Notes under the pieces: model-generated
What the model was told of the DNA's origin: nothing
Databases searched by the model: none
What the model saw: only the letters and a program-made list of their open reading frames with translations
Translations under genes and position numbers: made by a program
Source of the DNA: Raillietiella orientalis
Taxonomy: Eukaryota
Length of the DNA stretch: 64,000 nucleotides
Reading direction: 5' to 3'
Assembly: GCA_036172245.1 (NCBI GenBank)
Contig: JAYWIR010000072.1
Location: 1-64,000, forward strand
Shown here: piece after piece, positions 51,560 to 63,100 of the stretch
Position numbering within the stretch: the stretch's first letter is position 1
How the letters are laid out: each line of letters starts with the position of its first letter

Positions 51560-54500
51560 CTACATCCTTTGCAGGATGCCGGCAAGTTCAAACTGCATGT
51601 GTCCCAGATGGGTCCATCTGGCTGCCGTCCTCAAGAAGCGCAGGGCGTAGCACAAGATGTCCCTATCGTTCGGTCCACCAGTGGCGGTGCTCCAAGCCGC
51701 TACAATCCCTCGTAAGCAGCAGAGGGCTGCAAGGGCTGCGGCAGGCGAAAGGGCGTTGCGCACGAAGAGGCGCTTTAAAACGTCTCTTGGAGCGTGCAAG
51801 GGTGCACCAACGGCTGTTGCAAAGCGCAACCACAGGGGCCGGAGGGCAACACAGTCAACGAGCAGGTGCGGGAGAGTTTCTCGTTCCCCGCACCTGACAC
51901 AGTTTGGGTCCACAACCCCCCTCGTCCAATGAGAGCGGCGGGCGTTGCTGGGGAGTCCCCAGTGCAACACCAGGAACGCCGACTCCTGCCACTTTAGGGG
52001 AAGGGCCCGAGTATTCCTCAGCACTGAGGGCCACTCGAGTTCATCCCGCGGGATGCACAGCAGCTCGCCCCAGCGCAACAGTCCTCTCGGTGGGGAACTT
52101 GGGATCGCGGCATCAGCAAGCTGACCCGTGGTCCAAACACCTTGTTCTTTCTCAGTGTCCCTGATCGTACACGGGACCTCCCACATGGCCGGCTGGCTAC
52201 TGCCCAGTTGTTCTTTGAGGTGGGACAGAGCTGTGGCAAGGGAGGTCTTCTCAGCCCACGCACTCAAGGCGGGCTGCACGATGATGTCCTGCAGCGAGCG
52301 GCTCTTATGATAGGAGTGCAGCATTCGCTGCCGCAACTCCGGGCTCGCTTTCTCGATCTGGGCCCACGTGCGAAGGCTTTCCCGCAACCAGGAAGTGCCG
52401 TTCGCGGGCCGGCAGGAGATCCAGGTGTTCTTCCTGGTCAGCTTCGCCACTCGCCGAAGAGCCAGTCCGCAGTGGAACAGGTACCGGCGTTTGCGGCGCG
52501 CTAGGAAGGTAGACAGTCCCGCGCAGCCGCCGACTCGCTGAACCAGGCATCGTGCAGGCTCGCACCAGCTGGCGCTCCACAACTTCGCCACCAGGGCGAT
52601 TGTTCGGAACTGCAGCTGCAGTTCGAGACGCTCCAGCGTGAGGAGGCCAAGGCCCCCATCGCGACGAGGGGCGCACAAGTCCTTCCAACGCGCGCGGGGC
52701 CTTCCTCTGCCCCAGATGGCGATTCTGAGGAGGTCCTTTGTACGTGTTCTCACACCACGGGGTGGGGGACAAACAAAAACCAAGGAGCGAAACAGGGGGG
52801 CCACGAAAGTGTTCCACAGCACGGCCCGTTCCGGCAAGAAGAACTTGCCATCCAGGAACGGGCCGAACGCTCTCTCGGCTTTTTGGAGGCAGCAAGACCA
52901 TTGTTCCGCTGGGGAGTAGTCCCCCAACGGCACACCGAGGTACTTAAGGTACCGTACCGTGGGGATCCCCAAGCGAGACCAGTCTAGCTGCCCTGCCCAC
53001 GAGGAACCGACTGCAACAACGGACGACTTTGCTCTGTTCACCTCCAGTCCTGTCCCGCGACGCAGCAGCTCGAAAAAGTTTTCGACCGCCGACGCCGGGG
53101 TGGACATGGGGAGCAGCAGCAGAAGATCGTCCGCATACGCCGCTAAGGCCGGTGTACCTAAGCACACGCGCGGCAGGCGACCAAGAGTCTCCCTGAATGC
53201 CCTCAGCACCAACTCGAAGTAGGTGCTGAAGAGCAAGGGGCTCAAGCTATCACCCTGCCGTATCCCGCGGCAAACCGGCACACCGAACACGTTCCTTCCC
53301 CTGAAAGAAATGTTGGTCAGCGCGTCGCGCCAGCAAGAGCGCAGAAAGGCCAATAAGGAGGCCGGGAAGCCCAAGCGCTCCAGAAGCTCCAGCAGGAGCT
53401 CCTAGTCGACACTGTCGAATGCTTTCCGCAAATCGACAGCGACCGCGAGGGCCCCTTCTCTGTCCCGACTATTCCGCGAACCACCAGCGGACGTCCCGCA
53501 AATCGGGCTGCCGACCTTGTTTCCTCCATTCATTCTGGTTCTTTGAAGTTCGAACCAGGTGTTCGCGAAGTGCAGGTTGGCGTCCATGCTTCGCCCGGGA
53601 ACAGCGTAGGTCTGCTCCGGGCTGATGAAGCTTTCCGCCACCCGCCTTATTCGCTCCGACCATAGCTTCGCAACCAGCTTGGCGTCCGCGTTCAGTACGG
53701 TAATCGGACGCCAATTGCTGAGGTTCCGTAAGTCTCCTCTTTTCGGTAGGAGACGCATACGTGCCGATCGGAAGGAGGCGGGAACGTCTCCTGTCTCCCG
53801 GATCAGCAGCGTTAGCCGCTGCACCAGGGGAGCCAGCTCCGCCGCGAAGCACTGAAAAAACTCCGCGGGCAGGCCGTCTTCCCCCAGTGACTTCCGCCTT
53901 TTGAGCTTCCCGATTGCGGTGATGATTTCACCCATCGTAAAAGGCTCGTCCAGGCGTACTCTCTCTTCTTCCCCGATCGCCGGGGCACCTTCCGGAAGCA
54001 AAAATTGGGAAAACTCCCGGTCCGGAGGCACCCTGGTGTACAGGGAAGAATAATAGCCGCGCACTAGGCTACTCACCTCTGCCGGGGCCAAGTGCTCTTG
54101 GCCTTCGTCGTCCAGCAGGCTGGGCGACCCCGATTGCCAGGCAAGCCGCTCGGCCCCGGCTTTAAATTCCGCCAGTCTTCGGACGTCTGGTGTTCGGGAG
54201 TAACGACGGGCCTGCAGCCCCGTCGTTACTCCCGCCCTATCGTTCCGAACACCTTCTCCAAATCCTTTCAAGAGACGGTCCATGGGGAACTGTTGGCAGA
54301 ACTCTCGCACCGAGACTTTCAAATCGTCCCAGTCGTCGGGCGTCTGCAGGCTGAAACCTCGCAAGAACGCGCGGAGGTGTTCCGCTGCGCCTGGCTTGGT
54401 CAGCCAGTCCCCCGGTAGACGCCACGCCTGCGCGGGGGGCCCCCTGTCAAGCGGGCGAATGACGAGTTGCACACGGGAGTGGTCGAAGACTAACGACTGT

Positions 54501-55138
54501 ATCTTACCTCGCCTGCCCACGCGACAGCGCAGGTGATCGTCGAGGAAGACGTGGTCCACGCTCCGTTCCATCCCGGTATCCCCGGCTAACAAGTTGGATG
54601 CGTGCACCGCAGCGCACATCTCGTTTACCGGGGTGGCCTCTGTCCTCGCCGCACCTGATAGCAGGCGAATATTAAAATCGCCGGCTATCAGGTGCGCCGT
54701 GCGCGCGCCTGCCTCCGACAGTCAGTCGCGCTTGAACGCACGGAAAAACGCCGTCCGTGCCACGCGCGCGTGACCGCCGCTCGGCGCGTACACGTTCGTG
54801 ACGACGAGATTGATGGAGTCGGACCACCTGAAGGTGATTTGCCCGACCCGACCTGCCTCATCGAAACGAACTTTCCGCACCGCGCGTTGTAAGGCAGGCT
54901 TCAGAAGGAAAGCGACCCCGCGCGTACGGCGGTGGCCGCATCGCCACATAAGCTGACCACCTGCTATCCGTTCGATCTCCCGCGCATGTTCTGCGGAAAT
55001 CTCATGGATCTCCTGCAGCAGCATGAGGTCGAAGGCTTGCAAGGTGGCAGCTATGTCTCGTCTCCTGCCGTCATCGCAAAGCCCGTTGACGTTCCAGCTG
55101 GCGATGCGTATTTGACGGCAGGTGGCGAGTCCCGGCAT
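51560..55138 (-). pseudogene. LINE ORF2 (1192 codons; APE-EN, RT, Zn finger), premature stops at 54722-54724 (W>TGA) and 53402-53404 (Q>TAG)
   Basis: Three ORF-track ORFs are co-framed; WNVNGL, LLQEIH, GDFN, WRPITVLNADAK, DLRKAFD, QGDSLSP, YADD, KYLG, CVRC..HLLVDC. Confidence 0.96.
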
Positions 55139-56730
55139 TACTGCTGGGAAAGTGATGCTGCGTCTCCCGCCTCACCTAGGGGCGGGACGCCGGCTTTCTC
55201 CTGTGCGGTGGGGGGCGGCTCGACGACCCCCTCCGTCCCCATCGGCTCCGTCTCGACCGATCGTGGGAGTTCAGGACTCGTGTCCATCTCTCCCACGCTC
55301 GCCGCACCCTCGTTTCCGGAGGATTCCCCTTCCTCGGAGGAGACGATCCTCCTCGGGTTACGGATTTTCCTTCCGGTCTTCCTCAGGGGTGCAGATGCGG
55401 ATGGTGCGTGTCCGGTCTCCGGGTCCGAGTCCGAGGTCCCGTTCCCCCTCCTGTCGGCCGGACGTCGAACGGCCTTTTTCCCGACCTTTGCGAGAGGCTG
55501 CTGACTGGCGGAGAGCTCGACGGCGGCTTTTGCAAAGCCCGAGTCATCGCGGCTCTCCCCGTCGCCGCAGCCCTCGGACGCTGTTTGCACAGCGACGGGG
55601 CTGTCAGCGTTGTTGCACACGGCAACGTCCTGTTCGCACGGCACTTCGGCGTCTGCAAGGCGCTCCAGTGCGACCGTGCATTTTTTCAGTCCCTGCTTTT
55701 TCGCGGGTTTCGCGGTTTTTGCAGGGACTTTATTTTTATTATTTACGTCCTTTTTTTCTTTCTTTTTCTTTAGACTGACCTTTTGCCAGCCAGGCTCTTT
55801 TCCTTCCACCTAGGTTGCCTGCGTTTCTGCAGACGGGGTGGTCGGGATGCCCTTTTTGGATGGCTCCGGGTCAACCGTATTTTCAGACGGCGGCCTGGTC
55901 TTGCCAGGCTTCTTGCTCGCGTTCGTGCCGCTCACGGCAGCAGCCGGCGCGCGCGAAGTATTTTTGGGGCACACTTCTTCCGTGTGCCCGATTGCCTCGC
56001 ACTTGCGGCAGGTGATGCTGGGGCAGCGTTTCTTCACGTGCCCCGTACCATCACAAAACGCACAGTATTTGGGTTTCCCCAGATACCAGATGTCGACAGA
56101 ATCTCTGTCGACTACTAGTTTATGGGGAACCCCAATGTCCTTATTCACAGTTACACGTGCCGCGGCGAGTCCGCTCAGGAGTCCGTCACAAGTACGGAAC
56201 CTGTTGGGCTTCAGCCACAGCGCGTGTACGGTGCCGAATTTTCTTAGTTCAGCCCTGACGGCGCTCGGTAACATCCGCACGGTGATTCCACGGAGGTGGA
56301 CAACTATTGAGTTGTCCACCGGGACAGGGAAGATCTGGCGGCCCTCGACCCTGACGGGGGTTCGCAGCAGTCTTTGCGCCAACCCTGCTTCTTTGCAGGT
56401 CAACTCGACATGCTGTCCCTCGCTGCGGATGGAGAGACCCAGCAGATCCTCCTTGTTAACGTTCAAACGGTGGAGCTCCTTCTCGAAGGAGCGCGCCACA
56501 CGGTCATCAAACACCCGGCCTACCTTATACAGCAGACTCGGGTTGTAGTTGTAGGCCTTGTAGGCCTGAGCCTCGGCGATGTCCGCTGCAGATGGCGCGG
56601 CGACCTCGACGCTGTAGTCCCTCGCCGGCGCGGGGGACGAAGCTTTCGGGGCAGGTGCCCCTATCTCCATGGGTACGGGGGACGTTCGCCCGGCCCCCAC
56701 CCCACATTCACTAGTGGCGGGATCAGGCAT
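55138..56730 (-). pseudogene. LINE ORF1 (gag-like, ~530 aa; RRM-like region plus two CCHC knuckles), one premature TAG at 55810-55812
   Basis: ORFs 55810-56931 and 55138-55809 are in the same frame; CAFCDGTGHVKKRC, CRKCEAIGHTEEVC. Confidence 0.93.
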
Positions 56731-56811
56731 TTCTGACATCCCCCGACCACTGATGCACCGCACTACACCAATAAAGTCGAGCGAGTCAGGAGCGCGCAGA
56801 GAACACGTCTG

Positions 56812-57474
56812 ACCGTCGTCGCTGCTGGTGTTGCATTGGGGTCTTCCCTGCAACTCCCGCCGACACCACTGGACGCGGGGGGGTGTCAACCCTAATTGTG
56901 TCAGGTCCGTGGAGAGGGATACCTTCCCCACCTGTTAGTGGATTGTGTTGCCCTCCGTCCCTTGTGGGAACGGTTTGCCGCAGCCCTGGGGATCCCCGGA
57001 GGCAACCCCAGAGACGCTTTGCGCCCCATCTTCGTCCGTGACGCCCTGCCTCCAGCGGCCTCGCTTGCAGCCCTGTGCTGCCTACGCGGGATCGTCGTGG
57101 CATGGAGCAAAGCGACGGGAGGATCCAGCGACAGGGATGCCAACGTGTATGCCGCCCGTTTCCTCAGGATGGCGACGCGATGGCCCCATCTGGAACCACA
57201 CAAGCAGAAACAGCTTGTCGGCATCCTCCAGAGGATGACGGACCCTCCCAGCAGACTGTGATCCCTTCCCGCTCCCTCCCTGATTTTTGTTTATTTTTTG
57301 TTTTCTTTTTGTTTCGTCCCCCTCCCCCTCTGCTGCCGAGGTCGACCGCGCCGGTCAGCGCACCGGTATCCCGGCAAGCTATCTCTTTCCAGGGCATGGA
57401 TGGACTACTGGTCCAGTCACAGATTGTATAAGTTTATTCGTGAGAATAAACGTCCCGGCGCACCCGAGTTTCAA
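56812..57474 (+). mobile_element. Subfamily E 3' part (right part of split host)
   Basis: HWGLPCNSRRHHWTRGGV...; 3' end gtttattcgtgagaataaacgtcccggcgcacccgag. Confidence 0.93.
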
Positions 57475-57494
57475 TGGAGATTCCGGAGCGTCGA

Positions 57495-60110
57495 GCGGAC
57501 GTGTCTTTTCGTTGCTCCTGAGTTCCATTTCCGTTATTGCTAGTGCGTGGTGTCGGTGGAGGATTAGGCAGAAATGCCTCATACCACCATCGGTGAGGAT
57601 CCGGGGGTGATGACCTCATTGCCTTCGGAGCAGATGGAGGTGGAAGCTCCCCCATCAGTGGAGGCTCCCGCCAGCACGGATGCGCCCTTGGCCCTACTTA
57701 GGGCTTGGAACGCCGTGGCTGCGGCACCTACGCCAGCGGCTATGGCGGAAATGCGCGCTTACCAGGAGGAGGGGTATAACCCACCCCTTCTATATAAGGT
57801 AGGCGGCCTATATTCTCCCGAGAACGCGCGCGCTTTCTCACAGGCGATGCGCGTTTTCGGCGTACAGAAAGAGGAGCTTCTGGTTATGTCCGTCAGAAGC
57901 GGGGGTCAATTTGTGGAAGTTATCTGCAAGGAGGCAACTCTTGCGCAGAGACTTCTGCGAACCCCCGTAATTATGGGCAGCCGGAGGCTTCTCCCAATTA
58001 CCGAAGACCGGTCGGTGATCATTCACCTGACCGGTATCACGTTCCGGATGACGAAGTAGGCCGTCCGGAACGAATTGGAAAAATTCGCAACCGTCCACGC
58101 GCTGTGGGGAAAGCCTACTCCTTTTGTCGATTACGACGGGTTGCTTGGCGGCCTGGGTGCAGCGCGAGTGACGGTTCGCGAGGGATGTGAGGTTCCCCAC
58201 AAACTCACCGTCAACGGTGAATCCGCTGACGTGTGGTACGTGGGGAAACCCAAGTTTTGCGTCTGCTGCAGCAGCTTTAATCACCTTAAAATGAGGTGTC
58301 CGAGCGTGCAGTGCCAGCAATGCAAACAAGCGGGGCACACCCGTCTGGTGTGCCCCCAAAACACAGTCCGCGTCGTGTCGGCGATAAACGCGAGAAAGCG
58401 CGCGGCTAAAAAGAGGAAAAAGCTGGTAGCTCGTGCTGCTGCTAAGGAGGTCACTTGCGCCACCAAGGCGAAGGCCAGCCTCGAGACCCCACCGAAAAAC
58501 GCCGAAAAGGTCGAGGGCAAGGGTCAAGAGCCAGGGTGGCAGAAGGTGGACCCTAAGAAAATCTCCCATAAGAAGGGAAAGAACGTGGCGAAACGGAGCG
58601 AAACCGCTCTGCGCCGCGAAAAAACAAAAAGCTGCTGCGTCGTTGTAGAGCGGATTCCCACCATCGACGAATGCGGCGCTAAAAAACTCGCTGCTGCCCC
58701 TGCTCAACCCTCCGTTGACAAAGTCAACAAGGAGGGGAGCGAGGCGGCGGCGTCCGTCAGCGGAAGGGGAAGCCGGACGCCAGACGTCGCCTTCGAGCGC
58801 ACCGCGGAGGAGCTGGCTGCCTCGTTGCAGACGGTTGCCCCCAAGGCTGGCAAGAAGGCCGTCAGGCGTCTGGCTTCCCCTCAGGAGTCGGCCACTTCCG
58901 ATCCCGAGGTGGAGGCCGGAAGCGCAGCCTCCGTTTCCACGGCACCCCGCAAAAAGGCAGGACGAAAGTCCACAATGCCCCGGAAGATCGTCTCTCCCGA
59001 CGAAGGGGAGAGATGGCTTCCGGTAGCGAGGGTGCCATGAGCGTGGGAAACTCCCGGGACCCGTCGCCCGAGAGAATTCCACGCTTGGACACGGAGGTGA
59101 TGGTGAGGATGGAGGCCGAACAGGTACCCCAGGCGCCTGAAGAGGCCTCCGTCCTCCTACCGATGGACCTGTCCTACACCTGCCCCGCGGCAGGTGCCGC
59201 GACGCCACTTTCCCAGCCATAATGCCAGAAATCGCCTCTCGACGTCGTCTTCTGATCGCCTGTTGGAACGTGAACGGGCTAAGCGACGACGGCAAGAAAC
59301 GTGACGTGGCCGCCACCCTGGCATCCTTCGACCTGGTGCTGCTGCAGGAGATCCACGTGATCTCCGCAGATCAAGCCCGGGAGATCGAACGGATCTCGGG
59401 TGGGCGGCAGTTGTGGCGTTGCGGCAACGCGAAATCAAGCGGTGTCGCCTTCCTGCTTCGGCCAGCCATCGAGACCGCAATAAAGGACGTTCGGTTCGAT
59501 GACGCAGGTCGCGTCGGTCAGCTGACTCTCAGCTGGTCCGACTCTATCGACCTGGTCGTCACCAACCTATACGCTCCTAGCGGAAACAACGCGTTGAGGG
59601 CGAAGGCAAGAAGGGAATTCTACCTTGCCCTGAGACGCGATTGGCTGACCGATGCAGGAGCTCGCAAAGCGCACCTGATCGCAGGAGATTTCAACCTGCG
59701 CATGCTTTCAGGTGCGCCGGATACACTGAACGACCGCGTCAACGAGTTGTGCGCAGAAATGAACACGCGCAACTTGTTGGCCGGGGACACGGCCATGGAA
59801 AGCAGCATCGATCACGTGTACCTTGATCAGCACCTATGCTCTCGGGTGGGCAGGCGCGGCAAGGTACCATCCGAGCTGTCGGACCATGGTCGGATCATGT
59901 TCGAAGAGCGTCCGCGCCTCAAGGGCCCCCCCTCGTCAGCGTGGCGTCTGCCACGGGACTGGCTGAAGTTTCCCAATGCGGCGTAGCACCTCCGCGCCTT
60001 TATTCGGAGCTTCATGATGCAGACACTTCAGGACTGGGACCGCTTCAAGCGGTCGGTCCAGGAGTGCTGCGACCAGTTCCCCCTGCATCGCCTACCTGCG
60101 GGATTTGGGG
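57495..60110 (+). mobile_element. LINE 5' half: 5' UTR, ORF1 (57574-59222, one stop and one frameshift), ORF2 EN (from 59222), interrupted at the GFG site
   Basis: gcggacgtgtcttttc; GYNPPLLYKVG; CVCCSSFNHLKMRC and CQQCKQAGHTRLVC; TAATG at 59220-59224; complete EN motifs. Confidence 0.95.
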
Positions 60111-63100
60111 TTCTCACCTGGGTACGCCCGGGGCGTTTATTAAAAAAACTCTACATAAACGTGGTACGAGGCCCCACTAACGGCCACACAACACCGGACC
60201 TGCCGGGACGCCGGGACGCAGCCCGGCGTGACGCTCCTCGGCAGTGGAGGGGGATAGGGATCAAAACAAAAAGAAAAAAAAGATAAGGAAAACAAAAAAG
60301 AGTTTGGAGGGAGGGGAAGGGATCACGTTCCACTTAGAGGAGGGTCCATTCTTCGCAGGATGCCCTCTAGGTCCATCTTCATGTTTTCAAGATGGGGCTA
60401 TCTCGCTGCTCTCCGCATGAAGCAGACCGCATACGGGATGACATCCCTCACGTTGGCATCCACTCCTTCGACGCGAATGTCGCTCCATGCCGCCACGATG
60501 CCCCGGATGCAGCAGAGGGCTGCGAGGGCTGCGGCGGGCTGCAGGGCGTCCCGCACGAAGAGGGGCCGAAGAACTTCTCTGGGCGCGCTGCCCGTTGGGA
60601 GCCCGAAGGTCGTCCCCAACCGTTCCCACAGGGGTCGCAGGGCAGCACAGTCCACTAGTAGGTGGGGGAGCTATTCCCGCTCCCCATACCTGTCACGCTC
60701 AGGCCTTACACTCCACCGCGTCCAGTGGAAGCGGCGCGCGTTGCAGGGTAGACCCCAGTGCAACAGTAGCAGCGCCGACTCTTGCCACTTAAGGGGGAGA
60801 AGCCTGGATCCGATTAATATTGGGGGCCACTTGAAGTCATCCGTCGGGATGCCGAGCAGCTCGCCCCATCTACGAAGTCCACGCGGGAGGGCACTCGGGG
60901 TTGTGGCATCTGCCAGTTCTCCCATGGTCCAACCGCTCATCTTCTTTTCCTTGCCTGCGATTCGGCAGGAGACTTGCCACTTTGGCTTGCGGCCGCTCGT
61001 TAAAGCCCTTCGTAGGAATGGCAGGGTCGAAGCTAGGGGGGTAGTCTCCGCTCACGTGCTCCAGGCGCTCCAGCGTCAGGAGGCCGAGACCGCCGTCCGG
61101 ACGAGGAGCGCATAAGTCATCTAGATGCAAACGTGGCCTCCCGCTGCCCCAGAGGGCGATGCGGAGTAGGTCTTTGGTCCCCTTTTTAACGTCACGGGGG
61201 ACGGGGCACACAAAAAGCAGAATGAGGAGGATGGGAGCCGCGAAGGCGTTCCACACCGCGGCCCGTTCCGGCAGAAGGAACTTGCCTTCCAGGAACGGGC
61301 CGATTGCCAACTCTACCTTCTGGAGACGACCTGACCAGGCTTCTGCGAGGCAAAAGTCCCCCAAACGGGACACCCAGGTACTTCAGGTACCTGGCCGTGG
61401 GGATCCCCAAGCGGATCCAGTCAGGATATCCGACCCACGTCGCACCCACCGGTAAGACCGACGACTTCGCCTTGTTTACCCGAAGTCCAGTAACACGACT
61501 TAGCAGGTCGAAGAAATCCTCGACTGCTTCTGCCGAGACGGACATGGGCAACATGAGCAGAAGATCATCGGCGTATGCTGCAACGGCAGGCGTGCCGGGG
61601 CACGAGCTGGGCAGGGCAGCCAAAGTCACCCTGTACGCTCTCAGCACCAACTCAAAGTAGGTGCTGAAGAGCAGGGGACTGAGGTTATCGCCCTGCCGTA
61701 TGCCCCGCCGCACCGGATCGCCGTACACCTGTTGGCTGGAAAAGACGATGTTGACGATGGCATTGCGCCAGCATGAGCGCAGGTAGGAGAGAAGGGAGGG
61801 TGGGAAGCCCATGCGACCCAGGAACTCCAACAGTAGCTCCTGGTCTACGCAGTCGAACGCCTTGTGGAGATCGACCGCGATCGCTAGGGCTCCCTTCCCA
61901 GCCCGGGTATCCATTCCCAGCCCGGCTGGCGGTCCCAAAGTGGGGTTGCCAATCTTTTCCCCTGGGTCGTTCAGGCAGCGCTGCACATGGAACCATGTGC
62001 TCGCGAAGAAGAGGTTGGCATCCATACTTCGCCCGGGAACAGCGTACGTCTGCTCCGAGCTAATTATGGAGTCTGCCACCTGTCCTAGACGCGAAGCCTA
62101 CAGTCCAGCGATCAGCTTGGCGTCCGTATTCACGATTATGATCGGACGCCAATTGCCCAAGGATCTCAAGTCTCCTCCTTTCGGGAGGAGCCTCACACGG
62201 GCTGACCGAAACGAGGCGGGAACGTCGCCTTCGTCTCGGATCAGCCCGGTCAACTAAAGCACCAGGGGTGCCAGCTCTGCCGTGAAACATTAAAAGATTT
62301 CCGCAGGCAGGCCGTCCTCCCCTGGCGCCTTTCGCCTCTTGAGACTTTTAATACCAGCGAGAATTTCACCGGTAGAAAAAGGCTCGTCGAGGCTGATCTT
62401 CTCCTCCTCCTTTATTGCCGGGGCTCCATCCGGGAGCAGGAGCCGCGAGACGTTCCGCTCTGGGGGTGCGCTAGCGTAGAGGGAGGAGTAATAACGTCGC
62501 ACGAGGTGCCTGATCGCGGGTGGGGCGGATCGCTCCCGGCCCTGGTCGTCCAGCAAGCTGGCCGACCCGGATTGCCAGGCTTGGCGTTCGGCCCCGCTCG
62601 ATATTCCGCGAGGCGACGGACATTCTGGGTCCTCTCGTACCGGCTGGCCTGTAGATAAGCCCGATGCTTCCGAGCCCCCTCCCCGAATCCGGGGGCAGGC
62701 GGTGCAGCGGAAACTCCTCGCAGAACTCGCGGACCGAGGTCTTGAAGAGGTCCCAGTCTTGGAGACTGCGGTGGGTGACGCCTCTCAGGAATTCGCGAAG
62801 GTGTTCTTTCGCACCTGAGAGCCGTGTCCAGTCCCCAGGCAGTCGCCACGCCCAGGACGGGGGTCCTTTGTCGCGCGGGCAAACCTCGGCGATGATCCTG
62901 GAATGGTCCGACAGCGTCGACGCAACTTTTCCCCGTTTGCCGACCCGCGAGCACAGGTCGACATCCAGGAAGAAGTGATCGATGCTGCGGTCCATTCCCT
63001 CCGCGTCTGCCAACAAGTTGCGCGTGCGCATGGCAGCGCACAACTCGTTGGCCGTGCGTTCTTGTGCTTCGGGCTCACCTGACAGCAGACAGAGATTGAA

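Larger units (their letters stand above)
51305..56811 (-). mobile_element. Full-length (~5.5 kb) near-intact L1/Tx1-like LINE with a degenerate 15-bp TSD
   Basis: Both terminal motifs present; ORF1 and ORF2 have no frameshift; flanks acagtcggcactgct (51290-51304) and accgtcgtcgctgct (56812-56826); host frame resumes LVLHWGLPCN. Confidence 0.96.

Noticed and set aside
51560..56730. Alternative genetic code (TGA=Trp, TAG=Gln/Glu) suggested by in-frame stops at W and Q positions
   Set aside because: Other copies have TGG/CAG at these sites, stop positions vary by copy and co-occur with frameshifts elsewhere, and TAA/TGA/TAG act as real ORF ends. Single-base decay is sufficient.
57838..59316. 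Long antisense or alternative-frame ORFs (also 50114-51481, 55838-56548, 44075-44836)
   Set aside because: These are shadow ORFs of GC-rich LINE coding sequence and are not conserved between copies.
59984..59986. TAG at the same homologous codon here and at 3239-3241 (programmed readthrough?)
   Set aside because: The most intact copies (near 54380 and 62805) have GAA. Two cases are compatible with chance.
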